A stretch of 64,000 nucleotides of DNA, from positions 199,462-263,461 of the forward strand of contig CBDFMI010000005.1 of assembly GCA_965249615.1 (NCBI GenBank), read 5' to 3'. The first letter of the stretch is position 1. Every line of letters begins with the position of its first letter. The translations under genes were made by a program, and so were the position numbers. The notes under the pieces are model-generated. The model worked only from the letters and a program-made list of their open reading frames with translations. It searched no databases and was not told where the DNA came from. Positions 60,947 through 64,000 of the stretch are shown in pieces. The stretch is from a bacterium. GTDB lineage: Bacteria; UBA8248; JACPRG01; G963555815.

Positions 60947-61666
60947 TTAATCCACAGTCCCAGGCCTTGTCGTGTCCCCTTTTCTTTCATCCTCCTCCCC
61001 CTCCAACAGGACGCTTTCCTGGATGAGGCGCTCTGCCTCTCGGAGGTCTTCCTTCACTCGGGCGACGGCCATTTCAGGGGTGAAGTGGGCGCGTCTTTTC
61101 TCGAAGGCCCTGGGGTAGAGACCTCGCGCGATCTCCTCCGGACCCTCGCCGGCGCCAGCGCGATCCCAGACCTCTAAATACCTTTCGAAGATCCTCAATT
61201 CTCCCTGCTCTTCCTCTCCAGGGACCTCGGCCAGGGTGGGCTGGTGTTCACGGTGTCTTCCGAGGAGATCTTCGAGGAAGAGGGAAAGGAGCGTGACGAG
61301 ATGGCTCAGGGGAGCCCTGAGGTCCACCTCCAGGGTGACCCGGTAGGGGTCTTTTTGCCCCTCGCAGATTTTGAAAGCGGGAAACCCCGAGATCTCGGGC
61401 CGGTCGCTGTAGGGATACATAATGGGAAGGTGAATCCCCTCGGCGCCCTGAGTGGGGTCGGGAAGGGCCCCCAGGCGGTATTTCGCCATGAGTCGGAAGG
61501 CCTCCTCCCGCACCGGCCGGTCCTCGGAAGTTCCGTGGGTCTCAAGGAGCTGGTGGTAGTGGGCGTAGTCCTGGCGGTAGCTCTCATTTCGCCTGAGAAA
61601 CTCCCAGCGAAGGTCGAGCAGTTCCCGCAGCTGCAGGAGGAGTTCTTTTTTGATGGTGCGAGACAT
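60947..61666 (-). CDS. Hypothetical protein with WEFLRRN motif (transcriptional-regulator-like domain family)
   Basis: 239-aa acidic ORF with no membrane segments. N-terminal LRWEFLRRNESYRQDY, reminiscent of the DUF6499/DUF2285-type proteobacterial proteins. Confidence 0.35.
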   Translation of the reverse strand: MSRTIKKELLLQLRELLDLRWEFLRRNESYRQDYAHYHQLLETHGTSEDRPVREEAFRLMAKYRLGALPDPTQGAEGIHLPIMYPYSDRPEISGFPAFKICEGQKDPYRVTLEVDLRAPLSHLVTLLSLFLEDLLGRHREHQPTLAEVPGEEEQGELRIFERYLEVWDRAGAGEGPEEIARGLYPRAFEKRRAHFTPEMAVARVKEDLREAERLIQESVLLEGEEDERKGDTTRPGTVD

Positions 61667-62038
61667 GGTTTAATCTCAGTTCCACGGGACGTGAAGAGAA
61701 TCCATACGGTATGAATTCTACCGCATGCTCTTTTTTATCGCATGCTGGGTTGGTTTTTTCTCGAGCCCGCTCGGCGGATCTGGGATTCTGAAGGTTTTTT
61801 TGGAGCGCTTGGCGGCTCTTTGCAGATTCCCCAGGTTGGCTATTTTGAAGGAGTTGGAGGCCGGAAAATTTAAAAAACCAAGAAAAAGCCTTTCAAAATT
61901 GATGGGATTTGATTAAATTAGCGGGATAGACTCTACTTTACGCAAAAGAGCCCAGGGAACCACCATTGCGGGGCTGAAAGGACCAAGAGGACTCAGTTCC
62001 TGTCTGGATGGTGTTTCTGAAGAATAAGGAGGTCCTTT

Positions 62039-63091
62039 TTGGCTGGGGTTACGAAACAAAAGAAGGCGACCGCTCGCCCAAAGAGGGGCGAGGTAAAAGG
62101 GGTGAAGAACGAGATCCCGCTTTCGGAGAAAGAGCTCCGTAAGCTCCTCCGGAAGATGCAGCTTCTCCGCACATTTGAGGAGGCGACGAGGGCCAAATAC
62201 CTGGAGGGGAAGGTGTACGGCTTTTGCCACCTCTATCTGGGGCAGGAGGCTACCGCGGTCGGCTCCATTTCCGTCCTTAGGCCTGATGATTATCTCATTT
62301 CCAGCTATCGTGACCACGGACACTGTCTTGCGGTGGGAACGGAACCGGGCCGCATTATGGCGGAGCTCTTCGGCCGTGAGACGGGCGTGTCCAAGGGACG
62401 GGGCGGTTCCATGCACCTTTTCGATGCCAAGCGGAACTTCCTTGGGGGAGATGCCATCGTGGGCGGTCAAATCCCCCTCGCCGTCGGTGTTTCCGTGGCC
62501 CTGAAGCAATTAGGTAAAGGGCAGGTTATCCTTTGCTTTTTTGGGGATGGCGCCTTGAACGAAGGTGCCTTCCATGAGTCTCTGAACCTGGCCTCCCTGT
62601 GGAAGCTTCCTATTATCTTTATTTGTGAGAACAACGCCTACGGAATGGGGACCTCCATCGAACGGGCCTCGGCCGTCACCCAGGCCACCAAGCGGGCCGA
62701 GGCTTATGACATGGCGACGGACCGGATCGACGGGATGGACGTCCTGGCCGTCCGGACGGCCACCGAGAAAGCGCTTCGGAGGGCCCGCGAGGAAAACCTG
62801 CCGACCTTCTTGGAGATGATCTGCTACCGGTTCGTCGGTCACTCCATGATGGATCCGGCCAAGTACCGGGATCGGGATGAAATCCAAGAATGGGTCCGCA
62901 GGGACCCCATCGAGCAGCTCAAGACGAGGATGACGGGGTGGGGCCTGCTGACAAAGGCCGACTGGGAGGCCGTGGTCAAGGACGTGGAACGAGAGGTCGC
63001 TGAAGCCGTCGCCTTCGCCGAGACCTCTCCCGAGCCTCAGCTCGCCACCCTGGAAGACTGGGTGTACTCCGACTCGGGAAAGGGGGTCTGA
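62039..63091 (+). CDS. pdhA: Pyruvate dehydrogenase (acetoin/2-oxoacid DH-type) E1 component α subunit
   Basis: TPP-binding GDGALNEG ... ENNAYGMGT; 350 aa. Confidence 0.9.
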   Translation: MAGVTKQKKATARPKRGEVKGVKNEIPLSEKELRKLLRKMQLLRTFEEATRAKYLEGKVYGFCHLYLGQEATAVGSISVLRPDDYLISSYRDHGHCLAVGTEPGRIMAELFGRETGVSKGRGGSMHLFDAKRNFLGGDAIVGGQIPLAVGVSVALKQLGKGQVILCFFGDGALNEGAFHESLNLASLWKLPIIFICENNAYGMGTSIERASAVTQATKRAEAYDMATDRIDGMDVLAVRTATEKALRRAREENLPTFLEMICYRFVGHSMMDPAKYRDRDEIQEWVRRDPIEQLKTRMTGWGLLTKADWEAVVKDVEREVAEAVAFAETSPEPQLATLEDWVYSDSGKGV

Positions 63092-64000
63092 TGGAGACGA
63101 CCATTCGTGAGGCCCTGAATCAGGCCCTTCGGGAAGAAATGCAGCGTGACGAACGCGTCTTTTTAGTCGGAGAAGATGTGGCGGAGTACGACGGGGCCTA
63201 CAAGGTGACCCGAGGTCTCCTGAAGGAATTCGGGCCGGGCCGGGTGATGGACAGCCCCATCTCCGAAGAGGTTATCGCGGGCGTGGGGGTCGGGTCCGCC
63301 TTGGTGGGTTTTCGGCCGGTCATCGAGTTTATGACAGTGAATTTCGCCCTTCTGGCCATGGATCAGATCATCAACCATGCGGCCAAGTGGCGCTACATGT
63401 CGGGAGGCCAGTTCAAGGTCCCGGTCGTGTTTCGGATGCCGGGGGGGGCGGGTCTCAGCCTCGGGGCGCAGCACTCCCACAGTCTCGAGGCCATCTTCAC
63501 GCACATCCCAGGCCTCAAGGTGGTGGCCCCGGGTTCCCCGCGGGACGCCAAGGGGCTTCTCAAGTCAGCCATCCGGGACGATGACCCGGTCATCTTTCTG
63601 GAAAACGAGATGCTCTACAATCTCAAGGGGGAAATTCCGGAAGGAGAATGCCTCATCCCCTTGGGCTCGGCTGAGGTGAAGCGGGAAGGCAGCGACGTGA
63701 CCTTCATCGCCTACCGACGGATGCTCCAGATGGCCTTGATGGCGGCCGACCTCCTTGCAAAGGAGGGGATCGAGGCGGAGGTCGTGGACCCGAGGACGCT
63801 GCGTCCCCTGGACCTGGAGACACTGGTGAAGTCTGTTCGCAAGACGGGCCGGGCGGTGGTCGTCCACGAGGGATGGGAGCGATGTGGCGTTGGGGGCGAC
63901 ATCGCCAACCTCCTCTACGGGGCCGCCTTCGATCACCTGGACGCCCCGATCCAAGTGGTCTCCGCGGTAGAGGTCCCAATGCCCTACAACCAGGCCCTGG
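63092..64000 (+). CDS. pdhB: Pyruvate dehydrogenase E1 component β subunit (3' end beyond window)
   Basis: ATG overlaps the pdhA stop. Transketolase-like pyrimidine-binding and C-terminal domains (EAIFTHIPGLKVVAPGSP ...). Confidence 0.9.

Overview
The window is a chromosomal segment from a high-GC (about 60%) Gram-negative bacterium that uses σ54 (Deltaproteobacteria/Nitrospirae-like gene content). It is gene-dense, mostly on the + strand, and core-like.

Main gene content, in order:
- Split metE (methionine synthase halves).
- A four-gene signalling cluster: HTH-REC regulator, histidine kinase, CheY-like receiver, σ54 enhancer-binding protein.
- mlaEDC with a TolC-like outer-membrane protein.
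- An archaeal-type CTP-dependent riboflavin kinase.
- Pyruvate/2-oxoacid dehydrogenase E2, with E1α/E1β at the window end.
- tRNA(CAT), then tilS and ftsH.
- pdxJ, nnr, tsaE.
- lptC, lptA, lptB, rpoN.
- A regulatory PTS (hprK, EIIA-Man, HPr, EI) followed directly by metK, ahcY and a SAM methyltransferase.
- Amidase, der, an EF-G paralog, MerR.
- tRNA-Pro followed by a lower-GC islet (MBL hydrolase, RidA).
- M16 peptidase, TPR protein, GT2 glycosyltransferase.
- An iron locus: DtxR-like regulator, fbpABC, and P19.
- A porin-like OMP, an FMN-binding protein, a His-rich membrane protein and ApbE.
- An OprO/P porin, DoxX proteins, isoaspartyl peptidase, MOSC protein.
- tRNA-Arg, a YVTN propeller, yeeE/tusA, HU.

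No CRISPR array, IS element, integrase or phage genes were seen.

Two things stand out.
- At least nine genes are interrupted by single-base indels in homopolymer runs or by in-frame stops: rpoN, HU, the σ54 activator, a lipoprotein, the porin-like OMP, and possibly metE and others. This looks like a sequencing artefact rather than real pseudogenization.
- The iron-uptake neighbourhood has P19 encoded as the fourth gene of an Fe3+ ABC importer, with no FTR1 permease. Downstream is a candidate flavin-based periplasmic electron-transfer module (FMN-binding protein, His-rich 4-TM protein, ApbE) behind a 233-nt structured leader.
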